Below are positions 1 through 17,534 of a stretch of DNA of 64,000 bases, one piece after another. The stretch lies in assembly GCF_009914755.1 (NCBI RefSeq), contig NC_060930.1, one strand, 5' to 3'. The stretch's first letter is position 1. The number at the start of each line of letters is the position of its first letter. The stretch is from the human T2T-CHM13v2.0 reference genome, Homo sapiens. A program made the position numbers and the translations under genes. The notes beneath the pieces are model-generated. The model was not told the origin of the DNA. It did not search any database and saw only the letters and a list, made by a program, of their open reading frames with translations.

Positions 1-292
1 AAATATTTACCAAATGGATTTTCTGTGTATTTATATTTATTAGCACAGAGTGTATAAGGCCATAAAATCAGTCATTCATTCAGTAAATATTCTGTGTGAG
101 GCCCTGTGCTGTACTGATACCAAAACATTTAAGCATAGTGAATACATCTGCTTAATAAAAAATTATGACTCATCCTAAAGACAGAATATTTAAAATAACT
201 GTCCTATTGTGTGGTCACCTTATGTAGAGGACATAAATCCTATAGTTATCTGCAGCTCCCAGTATTGCAAAGTCTATGCAAAAATGCAAAGT

Positions 293-295
<3 letters not shown>

Positions 296-323
<28 letters not shown>
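296..323. repeat. (CA)n microsatellite
   Basis: About 14 perfect CA units. Confidence 0.95.
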
Positions 324-327
<4 letters not shown>

Positions 328-992
328 TTTATGGGAAAGGAAAAGGAAGCTAGGTCTCCCTCTTTAATTAAAGAATATATTCTCTAACCTTGTAGCTATT
401 TGAAAGCTAATTTAAGCTCTGAAAGCAAAAAAAAAAGGAAGACTCATCTATTAAGTGATCACTGCCATGCCCCAAGGCAACTGTAGATCCCAAATGTAAT
501 CATTTAAATGTCAGCATTTTCCTTCCCCTTTTCTGCAGTGATACAGAGAGCTCCATTGTCTATTCTCTCAGGCAGCTCATGCTGGCAGATTCCACCTGCA
601 ATCACACAGTGCAATTCTCCTTACTTGGGAATGGGAGTCTCGGGGGAGGACAACTTGGCTCTGCCAGTTAGTTCAGCTCACACAGCTCTAGCCTGCTAGG
701 AGGAGAATGGGCTCAGCTCGGGGCCCAGCACTGAGTGGGAGGAGGTCTCAAGCCTGAGGTCCGGCCCTCATTGGGATCAGAGCCCACTGACCCACACTGC
801 TGACCTTGGCACTGGGCGGAGGCAGGGCTCCCAAACATCACTAGGGGATTTCCCTAGGACAACCAGGCCCCTGTCTCTGTGTGCTGAAAATCCATACTAG
901 AGGGGCTCCTCCGGGATGACATCTACAGATGATCAAAGGAAACTGAGTCCTAAACAAACAGAATTTGTATGGAAGGAAAGAGTTGTCTCCGG

Positions 993-1059
993 GTGTGTGT
1001 GTGTGTGTGTGCGTGTGTGTTGGGTGTGTCATGGGTTGGGGGTGGGGAGTTGTAAGGGG
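993..1059 (+). repeat. (GT)n microsatellite followed by a G-run cluster (possible G-quadruplex)
   Basis: GT repeat at 993-1020, then GGGttGGGGGtGGGGagttgtaaGGGG. Confidence 0.8.
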
Positions 1060-1873
1060 ATGGAGAAGGAACGTTGTCATTTCTTGGGAGCTTGAGAAAG
1101 ATCCCATTAGATTTTTATCTCATAAGTTGCAACAACAAAAACAAAAAAGTTTCTGATGAATTATATAAGAAAAAATAAAGAGATTATGGGCAGATCTGAG
1201 AATGATTTAGGAGAATCAACAGCTCTTGTGGCTGATTAGATATGTAAAGCAAGGGAGAAGGAAGGGTTAGGACAGATTTCTGGCAACCATGGGCCCCATG
1301 TGCCCTTCTCTCAGATGTGGAGACAGCGTGTACATTGCCTGAATTACCCACTCACCCCTGACTTCTGCTGCTCTCCCACCAAACTCTCAAACAAGGCAGG
1401 CCCTGGATTCTTCACTATAACAATCGCTGCATTTTGCCTGCATATAATGAATATATTTTTGAACTAAAAACTTGGGACACACAGATTCCTCTTTGGTCTG
1501 ACAATGAGACAGGGCTGTGTCTCCAGTGAGGGTGTAAGGTCCTCAAGATGGTTTTGCTTTTAGGACTCTGATGGCGTGCTGCAAGGTGGGACTGGAAAGG
1601 CTGGAAGCCCTCTGGTGGTGTGTGTCCTAGCTCCTCTGGTCATTAGAACCATAGCTGACCTCATAAAGGCATATGAGTGAGGAGATTGATCTGGATAAAT
1701 CTCAGGATTCCATAAACCTCAAGTGTAGCCTCTGAAAGAATTCTATTTTCCAAATCATTTTAATCTCATAACGAAGCCCAAAGAAAGTCAAACATGAACA
1801 ATGTTTCTTATTTCTTCCCTTTTCATTAAAAAAAAAATCCCTAACCCATTTCTTTATTAAATTGCATGAAGAA

Positions 1874-2182
<309 letters not shown>

Positions 2183-3149
2183 TCAGGGCCTTTCGCAAAG
2201 ACGGAGCAGGAGGTGCCTTGTCCCATTCACCACTGAAGCGCTGTGATTAGGTACAGGCAGCAGCTTTCAAACTAGCATATAACACAGCAATAATAGGCTT
2301 TCCCTATAGTCTCTGGCAAACATAGGAGCTGTTATTTAAGATTTGATGGGGGTTTATCAACTTCTTGATTAAAGAAATAAAAACTTTAAGGCATCTTCTC
2401 TAATCGCAGTGCTTTCTTTTGAATTCTGCCTCTGGCTGTGTCTTACTTGGTTGGAAAGCAATTGTCTGTGGTGTTTCAACACACCTGATGCAGACTGCCT
2501 TTTCCAAGATATTTGTATACAAAACAACAGTGGAAGATAGGCAGAGGGCAGGTCTGTTTCCTTGCAGGGATAATAAAGATAATGTCCCTCTCCAGGAGAA
2601 AGATTGGGCAGGCTTGTTAATAGTCCCCTTGGAAGACTGGGAATATCTTAAGCTCCAGGTTCCTTGGCTGTGACATAATGCACTGCGTGCACAGCAGCCA
2701 CCTGGGCCCACCTCTGCATCACCCCCATGGGACTTGGGGCTCCCAGGGAACCCATGGGAACACGAAGCTCACGCTGCCAGCTGTGCTGTCATGAGGTCTT
2801 TTGTTGCTGACTGGGAGTCTCATGTCTTCTGCTAGCATCAATGGAGCTGCGACTGGCTCACTTGTGAGCTTCCAAGCAGGGCAAAAATCTCAGATCCTTC
2901 ATAGTTGTTGACATTGTTCTCTCTTATCATCCTTTTGGCTCATTATTTGATTTAAATGTTGAGGAAGATTAGAGAGAAGTTGTGATAAAGATAAAGGCAC
3001 ATCACGTGGCTAATGTGAGATTAATGCTGTTCTCTTCAGGGTCCTGCCAGCTTCCTGGTTATCTTTACTTTTCCCCTGCCCCCCATCTGAGCAAGCATCA
3101 AGTCAGTGCATTGCAGACACAAACCTAGTTATCATTAGTGCTAGCTTCT

Positions 3150-3449
3150 GGCCAGGTGTGTTGGCTCACGCCTGTAATCGCAGCACTTTGGGAGGTTAAG
3201 GAGGGAGGACTGCTTCAGCTCAGGAGTTCGAGACCAGCCTGGGCAACATAGTGAGACCCCCATCTCTACAAAAATTTTAAAAAATTATCCAGGCATGGTG
3301 GTGTGAATGAATGTATGGTCCTAGCTACTCAGAAGACTGAGTTCGGAGGACCACTTGAGCTCTGGAGGTCGAGGCTAAAGTGAGCTGTGATTGCACCACT
3401 GCACCCCAGCCTAGATGACAGAGCCAGACCCTGTCTCAATAATAATAAT
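3150..3449 (+). mobile_element. AluJ-like element
   Basis: Dimeric Alu with J diagnostics (ggaggactgcttc, gcaacatagtgagacccc) and an (AAT)n tail. Confidence 0.85.
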
Positions 3450-4293
3450 TGTTCTGCCATGTACTGAGTGCCTGGTATCAGCCATTCCTCATTCCATGAT
3501 CTCTGTTTCTTCCAATAGTTTTGAAAGCTTAGTATTATTACCAACCTGAAGCTAGGAAGGGCTAAGAAACTTTGCCATATCACAGAGCCTCATGATGCGG
3601 CAGGATTCTTACGTGTATTTATCTCGTAGCAAAGCTCATGTTCCTTCCACTGCAACCTCATGCTACCTCAGCTATTAGAAGAGGATTTCAGAGGAAAACA
3701 AGGAACATGTTAATGGTGATGTTGGCTGGTTTGCATAGCTTCCTCTCCCCAGTGCCTACACCTACCCCATTTCCTGATTTGCTGCCCTATTTTACTTGAC
3801 CCCATTACTTCCAATCCACAGCTGTTCCTCAACCCTTTTCCCATTAGCATCTCTTCTTTTTATTATTTTTTAAAAGTTAGCATCTCTTCTTAAATGCAGA
3901 GATATTCATAGTATTTTTTCACAGCTGATTAGAAATCTGTGCATGAGGAGATGGGCTAAGAGATACAGGGTTATGCATGATGTAAGAGAATAATGACAGG
4001 AAGCACATGATGAACTGGCACTCAGCAGCAGTGAGAGAGTAATCCATGACCTCAGCTTCCAGCCCGTGGGGCTTCATACATGTCCACCGGAAACCTAAGT
4101 TAGGAGTGCACTCTCCAAGTCTTCCCCATGGGGGCTCATTTGAGGGATGGCTGCCATCCAGCCTATATTTCCAGGAAATGGGACTTCGATTACTTGTAGT
4201 GTTAACTTTAAAGGAAAGAGATTTTGATGATTCTTTAAAGGGAAAGGACATTTGAAGAAATGTTGAATGAAAATATAGAACAATCCACAACTC

Positions 4294-4632
<339 letters not shown>

Positions 4633-5646
4633 TCACTTTCATTTCCAGTCGCGTGGCCCTTGCTGCCACATGTGCACCAGCTATGAAATTCCCTGTGGTC
4701 TGTGAGCAGGTGGTGGAACACCTGCTAAATGAGCTACTCACTTACACATATCCAAGCACCTCTATTTTCCCACAATTCACCAAACCCCTCGGCCCTGTTG
4801 GTGCCTTGGGTTGTGGAAGATTTGAAAACAAAAGTGTATTTACAAATTCATCCTCACCATTACATGGTATAATACTATATTTTCCCAGCAGAATTTTTAT
4901 TCATTGCTGCCTTCAAGAGTGTAGGCACATGCTAAAATATATGAGTTCAATAGCTTAATGTTGGTTTCGTCTATCATTAGAGCTGAGTTGGTAAAAATTA
5001 TATAGTTGAGAAGCCATTTGGAAAGGCAGAGATGCAAGAAGACCAGAGTCAGAGGAAAGGGTAGAGAATGGAAAATATCGGTTCATGAAATGACGGAATT
5101 GATCCAAGTCACTGTGGCTAATCAAGAAGGCCCAGTGAAGGGTGAGAAATCTGCAAATCTTCCTTTACTGGTGTATTTCTTCTTATTCAGCTGACCTCAT
5201 TCTGTTCAGGTCACATCGCCCAGGCCTCTTGAACTGTACAGGAGGGAAATAAAGAGACCAGTGATGAGACCAAGGGAAGGAACTGGGCTTGGCCTTGGAG
5301 AGTGCACCCACAGAGGTTCCCAAAAGGAAAGAAGACACAGTTTACAGTTTTCAATCTGTTTACTAGCAGTCTCTGGCATCTTCTACACACAGTCAAACCA
5401 ACCACAGCTTGCCCTCCCGTCAGCCCAGGCAGCTGCGGACCGCTTTCTGATTGATGTGAATCCTCCTCACTGCACGTCTCCTCATTCTTACTGATTTGGC
5501 CAAGCCATACTGCGGTTTTATTGACAGACAATATTCATTATCCAAAAGCATCAGGTTTGTGTTGGTTTGGTGGCTTGTAGAACAAGGTTTACTTCTTGTT
5601 GATGTGATTTTGGTGTTTTTGTTTTTGGTGTGAAAAATGTGACAGG

Positions 5647-5778
5647 TTTTTTTTTTTTTTTTTTTTTTTGTTTTTTTTTTTGAGACAGAGTCTGGCTGGG
5701 TTGCCCAGGCTGGAGTGCAGTGGCACAATCTCGGCTTACTGCAACCTCTGCCTCCTGGATTCAAGCAATTCTCTGCCC
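5647..5778 (-). mobile_element. 5'-truncated Alu (right-arm end plus long tail)
   Basis: T-tract followed by gagacagagtct...caagcaattctc. Confidence 0.85.
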
Positions 5779-6199
5779 ATCCTTTTCTTTCCATTCATTT
5801 ATTGAAAGTTGGATTGAGTGCCAGCCACTGTCTATTGTCTCTAAAAATGTTAAAATTCCCCTACATCATGTCGATCCTATGTTAGTCTACACAGTATGTT
5901 TAGCCCCTCTGAGCTCATAAGAAATGAGCTGGTAAAATGAGAGCACGAGCTCCTGGGTATAGAGAGAAAGGAGACTAAAACGTCTGTGAAAATGAAACAT
6001 TTAATTAAGCTGACTGATTTTAAACTTTTTCAAACATGAAACATATGGCTCTATAAAGCATGGAACAGGAAGCCAAAAAGTGACAAGCTGGTCAAAGTTT
6101 GATTTTCTTTCAAATCTACAAACAAGGCATTTAAATGTTAAAATGATTCAGACCCACGACTGGGATGTTCCCTAATTTATTTTTCTCTTTAAATGGTCA

Positions 6200-6498
<299 letters not shown>

Positions 6499-7432
6499 GG
6501 CCAGAATACAGACCTCTTCAGGGCCTCAGGCCATAAGCACTTTCAGAATCCTAAACACAATAAAGCCTCCAGAGCCAGCACTTCACCACCTTGCATGTAG
6601 AAGGTACTAAACACACGAGTTGAAATTTATTTAAAAAAAAATGCTGGACATTGTTTTTCCCTGGAATACATGATCACACTTTTTAAGACTCTCTGAATTG
6701 CCTATAATTACCGGAAGGCCTCATGTTTCACACTAATAATTCCAGCATTAGTGGGAAGCTCAGAAGACATAAGGAAAGACAGAATTCATTATTAATGAAA
6801 GTACTGCCGCCCTCGGAGGAAACATGTGTGTCTAATGCCCAACTGACTTCATCTTTTCGTCAATAAGTCCATGCTCTCTCATCATTGATGGCATCTATTG
6901 GTCGGCTCACTGGAGAGGACCACAGCTAATTAACAAACACACTTTGGCCTTAATGAAGCTGCTGTTTCCGGTCTATGATACTACTTCAAGGGTACTACAT
7001 CAATATAAATTCAGACTTTTCCTGCTTTCTTGATTTTACTCTTATTATAGAACTAAATTCCGATTATTTCTTTTAAAAGATGATTCAATTAAGCTCCCCA
7101 TATCTAATGAAATGCACACATTCTCACATATTTTATATTTTAACATGAGATGAATTCACTTAAAAGAGTAATTTGTTTTTTGCCTCCTCCTCCTGCTTCT
7201 TCTTAACTGGGGGTCTGTGAATGAATTCGTTTGCTAGGCCTGCCATAATAAAGTACTACAGCCTGGGAAGCTTCACCTCCAGAAATTCATTTTCTCACGG
7301 GCTGGGACGCTAGAAGTCTGAGATCAAGGTGTTGGCAGGGATCACTCCTTTTGAGGGCTGCGAGGGAAAGAGCTGCTCTAGGCCCCTCGCCTTGGCTTAC
7401 AATTGCTGTCTTCTTCCTGTGTCTTCGCATTG

Positions 7433-7794
7433 TGTATTAGTCTGTTCTCACATGCCTAATAAAGACATACCCAAGACTGGGTGATTATAAAGGAAAGAGG
7501 TTTAATTGACTCACAGTTTCACATTGCTGGGGAGGCCTCACAATCACGGCAGAGGGCAAGGAGGAGCAAGTTACATCTTACTTGGCAGCAGGGAACAGAG
7601 AACTTGTGCAGGGGAGCTCCTCTTTATAAAACCATCACATCTCATAAGACTTATTCACCATCAAGAGAACAGCACAGGAAAGACCACCCCCATGATTCAA
7701 TTACCTCCCACTGGGTCCATCCCACATCACATGGGAATTGTGGGAGCTACAGTTCAAGGTGAGATTTGGGTGGGGACACAGCCAAACCATACCA
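7433..7794 (-). mobile_element. THE1 (THE1C-like) solo LTR
   Basis: tgtattagtctgttctcac...gccaaaccatacca, 362 bp, with a 5-bp TSD cattg/catag. Confidence 0.88.
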
Positions 7795-7993
7795 CATAGT
7801 CTTTCCTCTGTAGGTGTCTGTGCCAAATCTCCTATTCTCATAAAGACACCAGTCATATTAGATCAGGGCCCACCCTAATGACCTCACTTTAATTCCTCTG
7901 TAAAGACCCTATCTCCAAATGCAGTCACATTCTGAGGTACTGGGGGTTAGGACTTCAATGTATTAATTTAGGGAAGTGGCGGGGAAGGAGGGA

Positions 7994-8382
7994 GTTGTTA
8001 GACCATTCTTGCATTGCTATAAAGGAATACATGAGGCTGGGTAATTTATAAAGAAAAGAGAGTTAATTGGCTCACAGTTCTGCGGGCTGTTTAGGAAGCA
8101 TGGCACAGGCATCTGCTTGGCTTCTGGGGAAGCCTCAGGGAGCTTTCATTCATGGCAGAGGTGAAGCAGCATGCCACATGGGGAGAGCAGAAGCAAGGGG
8201 AGGGAGGAGCCACACGCTTTTCAACAATCAGATCTCATGATAACTCACCATCGTGGGGACAGCACCAAGCCACAAGGAATCTGCCCCCATGACCCAAACA
8301 CCTTCCACCAGGCCCCACCTCCAACACTGGGGATTACAATCCAACATGAGATCTGGGTGGGACAAACATCCCAACTATAGCA
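7994..8382 (-). mobile_element. MST (MSTB-like) solo LTR
   Basis: ccattcttgcattgctataaaggaatac...catcccaactatagca. Confidence 0.82.
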
Positions 8383-8467
8383 GGGGGACAAAATTCATTG
8401 CATAATGATGAAGAGGAGGTGAGATTTCCAAGGAGAGACAATGGAATGCATCGTTAGGGGCACCTTC

Positions 8468-8640
8468 TCTGGAGTCAGATCATATGTGTCAGACCCTAAC
8501 CCGCTTCTCACCTATGTAATCTTGGGCAAGTTTTCTTTTCTGCCCTTCGGTTCCCCTTTCTTTAAAATGGGTTCATAATGATACCTTCTGCAGGGAGCTT
8601 TTGTGAAGATCAAATAAATGCTTTTTACACGAAAGCCCTC
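8468..8640 (+). mobile_element. MIR fragment
   Basis: Degenerate MIR core: ttgggcaagtt...taaaatggg..ataatgatacc...ttgtgaagatcaaat. Confidence 0.6.
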
Positions 8641-8816
8641 TGTTTATTACAATAATTTCAAGCTTTTCCCTTAAAATGCTTAAAGGGTGCTTATGCATTC
8701 CCCTCATAAGGGAAGTGAATAGTGTGTTGACATGCCATAAAAATGTAAAACGTATCTTTATATGTGTGGTGAGGTGAATTGAGATGTCTATTTTAAAATT
8801 GTATTTTATAATCACA

Positions 8817-9121
<305 letters not shown>

Positions 9122-9684
9122 CATAATTTTCTTTTATACTCAAAACTTATAATACCCCTTGTGTTAGGGCATGAAATGGATTGTGGGCCATATGTGGCAG
9201 ATTTCAGTCGAGACTCTACCCTGCCAGCCTTCTCAGCCAACCCCTACCTCTTCTCCCCCATCTGAACCAGAGGCAGCTTTCAATTGTGGGCCTAGTTCTT
9301 TCTGAGCAAACCTGGTCCAAGATCAGGTTCTCCAAATTCAGATGCCTGCCTTTATTTTTACAATGAAAACCTAATTCTGGACCAGCGTTATTCTGTACTG
9401 GTATATACTAGTAGCTGAGTATTTCTGGAGAAAATCTGATAATCATGTAGGCAGTTTCCATAAAGATATCACAGCATTTAGCCTCTCCTGAGCCCTCTGC
9501 ACCACTGAATCTTTCTTCATATCCCTGGTCCACACCACATCCCAGACTCATAGGCAGCTCTTCCCAATCTCGACCTCTGCACACAAGCCCTGTACTCAGA
9601 GCCTACTACTCATGACAACTCCCTTATCCTTCACCAGGAACATGGTGGTTCTAGCAGCACAAAACTGCTTAATCCCACACACGC

Positions 9685-10072
9685 TGTAATGGTTAATACT
9701 GAGCGTCAACCTGATTGGATTCAAGGATACAAAGTTTTTATCCTGGGCGTGTCTGTGAGGGTGTTGCCAAAGGAGATTAACATTTGAGTCAGTGGGCTAG
9801 GAAAGGCAGACCCATCCTTAATCTGGGTGAGCACAATCTAATCAGCTGCTAGCATGGCTAGAATAAAAAGCAGGCAGAAAAATGTGAAGAGAGAGACTGG
9901 TCTAGCTTCCCAGCGTACATCTTTCTCCCGTGCTGGATGCCCCCTGCCCTAGAACACTGGACTCCGTGTTCTTCAGTGTTGGGACTCAGACTGGCTCTCC
10001 TTGCTCCTCAGCCTGCAGATGGCCTATTGTGGGACCTTGTGATCATGTGAGTTAATACTTAATAAACTCCCC

Positions 10073-10121
<49 letters not shown>

Positions 10122-10159
10122 CATTAGTTCTGTCCCTCTAAAGAACCCTGACCAATACA
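9685..10159 (+). mobile_element. MLT2A (HERV-L) solo LTR with internal (TA)n
   Basis: TG...CA termini (tgtaatggttaatactgag...aaccctgaccaataca), AATAAA at 10061, (TA)n at 10078-10119, TSD cacgc/cacac. Confidence 0.9.
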
Positions 10160-10321
10160 CACACCATGCTGAATCTCTCCTTCAGGCCTTTGCTCTTGCA
10201 CAGGGAAATACCTCCTCTTTCTCTGGGCTCCTCTGCTTTTGTCTAATATACTTTTACACTTCTTTCAAGACTCAACTCAAGCATCACGTCCCTCTCTCCA
10301 AAGCCTTGCTCATTCAGTGTC

Positions 10322-10735
10322 TGCTATAGTTTGAATGTTTATGTCTCTCCAAAATTCATGTTGAAACCTAGTACCCAATGTGATAGTATTCAGAGGTGAG
10401 ACCTTTTGGGAAGTGATTAAGTTACGAAAGCTCTGCCCTCACAAATGGGATTAATGTCCTTATAAAGGAGGCTTCAGAGAGCTGCCTGGCACTTTCTCCC
10501 CTTCCACTCTCTGCCACATGAGGACACAGCATTTGTTCCTTTCTCCATATGAAGAGGCAGGAAGAAGGTGCCATTTTGGAAGCAGCAAGCAAGCCCTCTC
10601 TAGACACTGAATCTGCTGGAGCCTTGATCTTGGACTTCCCAGGCTCCAGAACTATGAGAAATACATTTCAATTATTTATAAATTACCCAGTCTGTGAATG
10701 CTTTGGTATAGCAGCAAGAACAAACTAGAAAACAT
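10322..10735 (+). mobile_element. MaLR solo LTR (MSTD/MLT1A-like)
   Basis: tgctatagtttgaatgttt...gccttgatcttggacttcccag...atagcagc. Confidence 0.78.
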
Positions 10736-11164
10736 CTCTGTCTTAGCTAAACTGGTATGTATTCCTCCTTGGTGACCCCATCATACCCTCCACACATCTC
10801 TAGCACTTTTTCTAATGGAATTGCTATATCATTGATTCATCTCTCCTAACACACTGAGTTCCCTGGGGGCAGAAGCCTCATGTGTTCATTTCTGAACCTC
10901 ACTGTCCGGCGTAGTACATGCTAACATAGTAGATGCTTCAAGGGGCTTGTCTTTTCCCCAATTATATAGACTACTGAAGTCATTTGTGTGCCCAGCTCCT
11001 GAAGAACAAGGCACCAAAGTCATAATAATTTTTGATTTCATCTCCAACAGGATTCTTGGTGTCAAGGAACAAAACCCATCTGTGTTGATTTGAGTATAAA
11101 AGGATTTTGCTAAAAGCAATTTGGTAGCTCATTGAATCGGTAAGAAGATCAGAAAGTTGGACTT

Positions 11165-11460
11165 GACCAGGAGTGACAGCTCACACCTGTAATCCCAGCA
11201 CTTTGGGAGGTTGAGGTGGGCGGATCACCTGAGGTCAGGAGTTCACGACCAGCCTGGCCAACATGGCAAAACCTTGTCTCTACTAAAAATACGAAAATTA
11301 GCCGGGCACGGTGGCGCGCACCTGTAGTCCCAGCTACTCAGGAGGCTGAGGCGGGAGAATTGCTTGAACCTGGGAAGCGAAGGTTGTAGAGCTAAAATCG
11401 CACCACTGCACTCCAGCCTGGATGACAGAGCAAGACTCTATCTCAAAAAAAGAAAGAAAG
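11165..11460 (+). mobile_element. AluSx-like
   Basis: Full dimer with A-rich tail. Confidence 0.88.
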
Positions 11461-12128
11461 GAAGAAAATTGCACTTAAAAATAGGTATAAAAAAGGTAAA
11501 CAAAAGGCAGCCTGGGCCACAGTCAAAATCATACTATCAAACCACGCCACTTGATGTCCAGCATGCACTGCCATCCATGGCATCACCAGCTGTTCCTGGA
11601 AACTAGAGTTCATTGGGACACCTACCATAACCCTCCCACTGGGCAGACTATCCACCCTTCCTGGACTCCCTGCTCCCAAGTCCAAATGGGGTGTGGAACC
11701 TTAGTTGAAGTGCTGATACTCTCAGTTCAAGGGGAAGCTGGGAAGGTGGGTAGCTGGTGTTTTCAACCTGGCCAGAGAAGGTATAGGACTTCCTCAGTGA
11801 AGATGGATCAGATAATGGTGGACAGAAAAATTAAAAATATCAATTATAGATCCCTTAGGTCTAGCATAGGCTGGCAAATAGTAAGTGCTAAGTAAAGGCA
11901 GATAAAAAAATAAAGTATGAATAAATATCCTCTGAATGTGTTTCCAGGAGCCCACTTTGCCAAGGGGAATCTTAATCTGGCCCTACAATAACATATTTTA
12001 GATGAGGAGACAAAGAGAAAAGAGGATTGGAGAAAAACCCAACATGTATTAAGTGTCTGTGACATGCCAGGTGCTGTGCAGGCACATTAAATATTTTCCT
12101 GCAGGCAGGCCATACAATCCTCACTGGG

Positions 12129-15747
<3,619 letters not shown>

Positions 15748-16508
15748 CCTCACTGGGATGTCATGTTCACAAGGCAGGGACCAACCGTGCCTATCTTATC
15801 ATTCATCATCTCCCCAGTGCCTAGCACAGTGCCTGGCATACAGTAGGGGCTGGATAAATGCTTGTTGTTGATGCTGCAATCCGACAAAGGAGATATTGTG
15901 CTGCTTTGCTGGTGTACAGCAGCTTAGGTTTTGGCGGTCACAAAACTAGTGAGTAGCAGCAGCCAGGCACCCAATCCAGTGCTCTCTCCATCCTCACACC
16001 TGTATGGATGCTAAACTGTGCATCGCTCTGTGCAGTCTATCACTTGTGTGGGATTCTGGGATTTTTTTTAAAAAAAGCTTCTGATGAACAATATCCCTTT
16101 GAGGACCTGTGGATTTGGAATCTGAGTGCCTGCTCCCCACCTCCCAAAAGAATCACATTATTAAATGTATATTCTTTCAGATTACAGGTTTCTATAAAAT
16201 GGACCTTGACCTCATGGCTCAGGGGGTTTCAAAGCCCTGTCGCAGCCTTGCTCTCTAGGTATGCATTTTCAAAGTCTTCAGAAGATAGAGCGGTTTTTCC
16301 AAAATGATCAAAGGACACGCCTCCTGAGGCGCCCTCCCCTTCTCCTGGCCCACTCCTCAGCTGGCCTCTGCGTCTGCCAGAAGTGCTCAAATGAGGCTGA
16401 TTTCTGAAGAAATGTTTTCATCATAAGAATTGCAAGCAGGCAAGCCTCCGGCTTTTGCTTGTCAATGCACGCGTTTCCAGCCTTTTTAGTTCCTTTATCA
16501 GATACTTC

Positions 16509-16525
16509 CTGCCCCCTAGTGGTGG
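16509..16525 (-). promoter_or_regulatory. Strong CTCF core motif
   Basis: The minus strand reads ccaCCACTAGGGGGCAG, matching the CCASYAGRKGGCRS consensus, in non-repeat DNA. Confidence 0.7.
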
Positions 16526-17344
16526 GAAGCAGCAAAAAGGACAGGCTGACCTAGATACTGTTTCCAGAGCTGACTATTCAGCCGTTAGAGCAATCATTGT
16601 TCGAAGCAAGCAAGAGCAGGAAATAAACAAAAACCCTTTCACGGTGGTGCTCCAGGGTCTAGTTGTTAATTTTTGAGCGAGGAAAAGTTGTTCATGAAAA
16701 AATATATAGTATTTGAGCACATTTGATGGAAAATAAAAAGGAATCTTTTGCAGGGCCACACCTCGCCATCCTCCAGGGTTGTCATTCTCAATGTGCTCTA
16801 CGTGGACGGCTCTGCCCTGCGTCGCCAGGTGCTGCCACCCTGCAATGTCACTGTATTTCTTAGATGCTGAACCAAGCCCAAGGCAAGGACTCCCCTGCTC
16901 TGGAATGTGTGAGCAGCTGCTGAGGTCTGCATGTAGAGGAATAATTACCACTTTCTGTGGAACGAATACTCAACTTAGGACCAAATAATAGCAATCTAGG
17001 AAATTTAGAAATAGTAAAGATTTTTGGTTTATATGTAATGGATGTTGCTGCTGTTCCAACCTTACAAAGTAAAGCTGTCTGCTTCCCAAATTCCAAAAAT
17101 TAAAATACTCCTCCACCTCATCCTACCAACCAGTGCCCTTTGGCTCACTCTCATCTCGACACAGGTGCTGTAGCTTAGTACACATCAGGAAAGGGCTGCC
17201 CTACACTTTTCTTTCCGGAAGCAAACAGTGAGTGAATGGGAGATGCACCAAGAAACCTTATGACTTCGGCTACCTGGTCATGCCCTGCCTTTGCTCTGAC
17301 GGTCACATTTCTTTTGGGAGCTGTCCTAAGATGGTTGATGGAAC

Positions 17345-17500
17345 ACGGGCTTTGGAACCAAACAGTTCCAGCTCCACTGCAATCCATGTATTAGCTGTGT
17401 GACCTAGAAAATTCACTGAGCCCCTCTGATCCTGTTTTCATCCGTAAAGCAGGGCTAATGATACTTTCCTCACAGAATTGCTATGAGAACTAAATAAATA
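17345..17500 (+). mobile_element. MIR fragment
   Basis: ttagctgtgtgacct...catccgtaaagcagggctaatgatac...atgagaactaaat. Confidence 0.65.
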
Positions 17501-17534
17501 TCTCTCTGTATATCTTGTATCTATTATACATACA

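Larger units (their letters stand above)
7225..8405 (-). mobile_element. Old MaLR LTR (MLT1C-like) split by younger LTR insertions
   Basis: MLT1 motifs (ctagaagtctgagatcaaggtgttggcaggg; cagtcacattctgaggtactgggggttaggac; ggggacaaaattca) occur in three collinear pieces. Confidence 0.7.

Noticed and set aside
5200-5640. Unique CpG-containing stretch with 77-106 aa ORFs and an acceptor-like ttctgttcag
   Set aside because: No recognisable protein similarity or exon chain. It could be an enhancer, but the sequence alone does not support a call.
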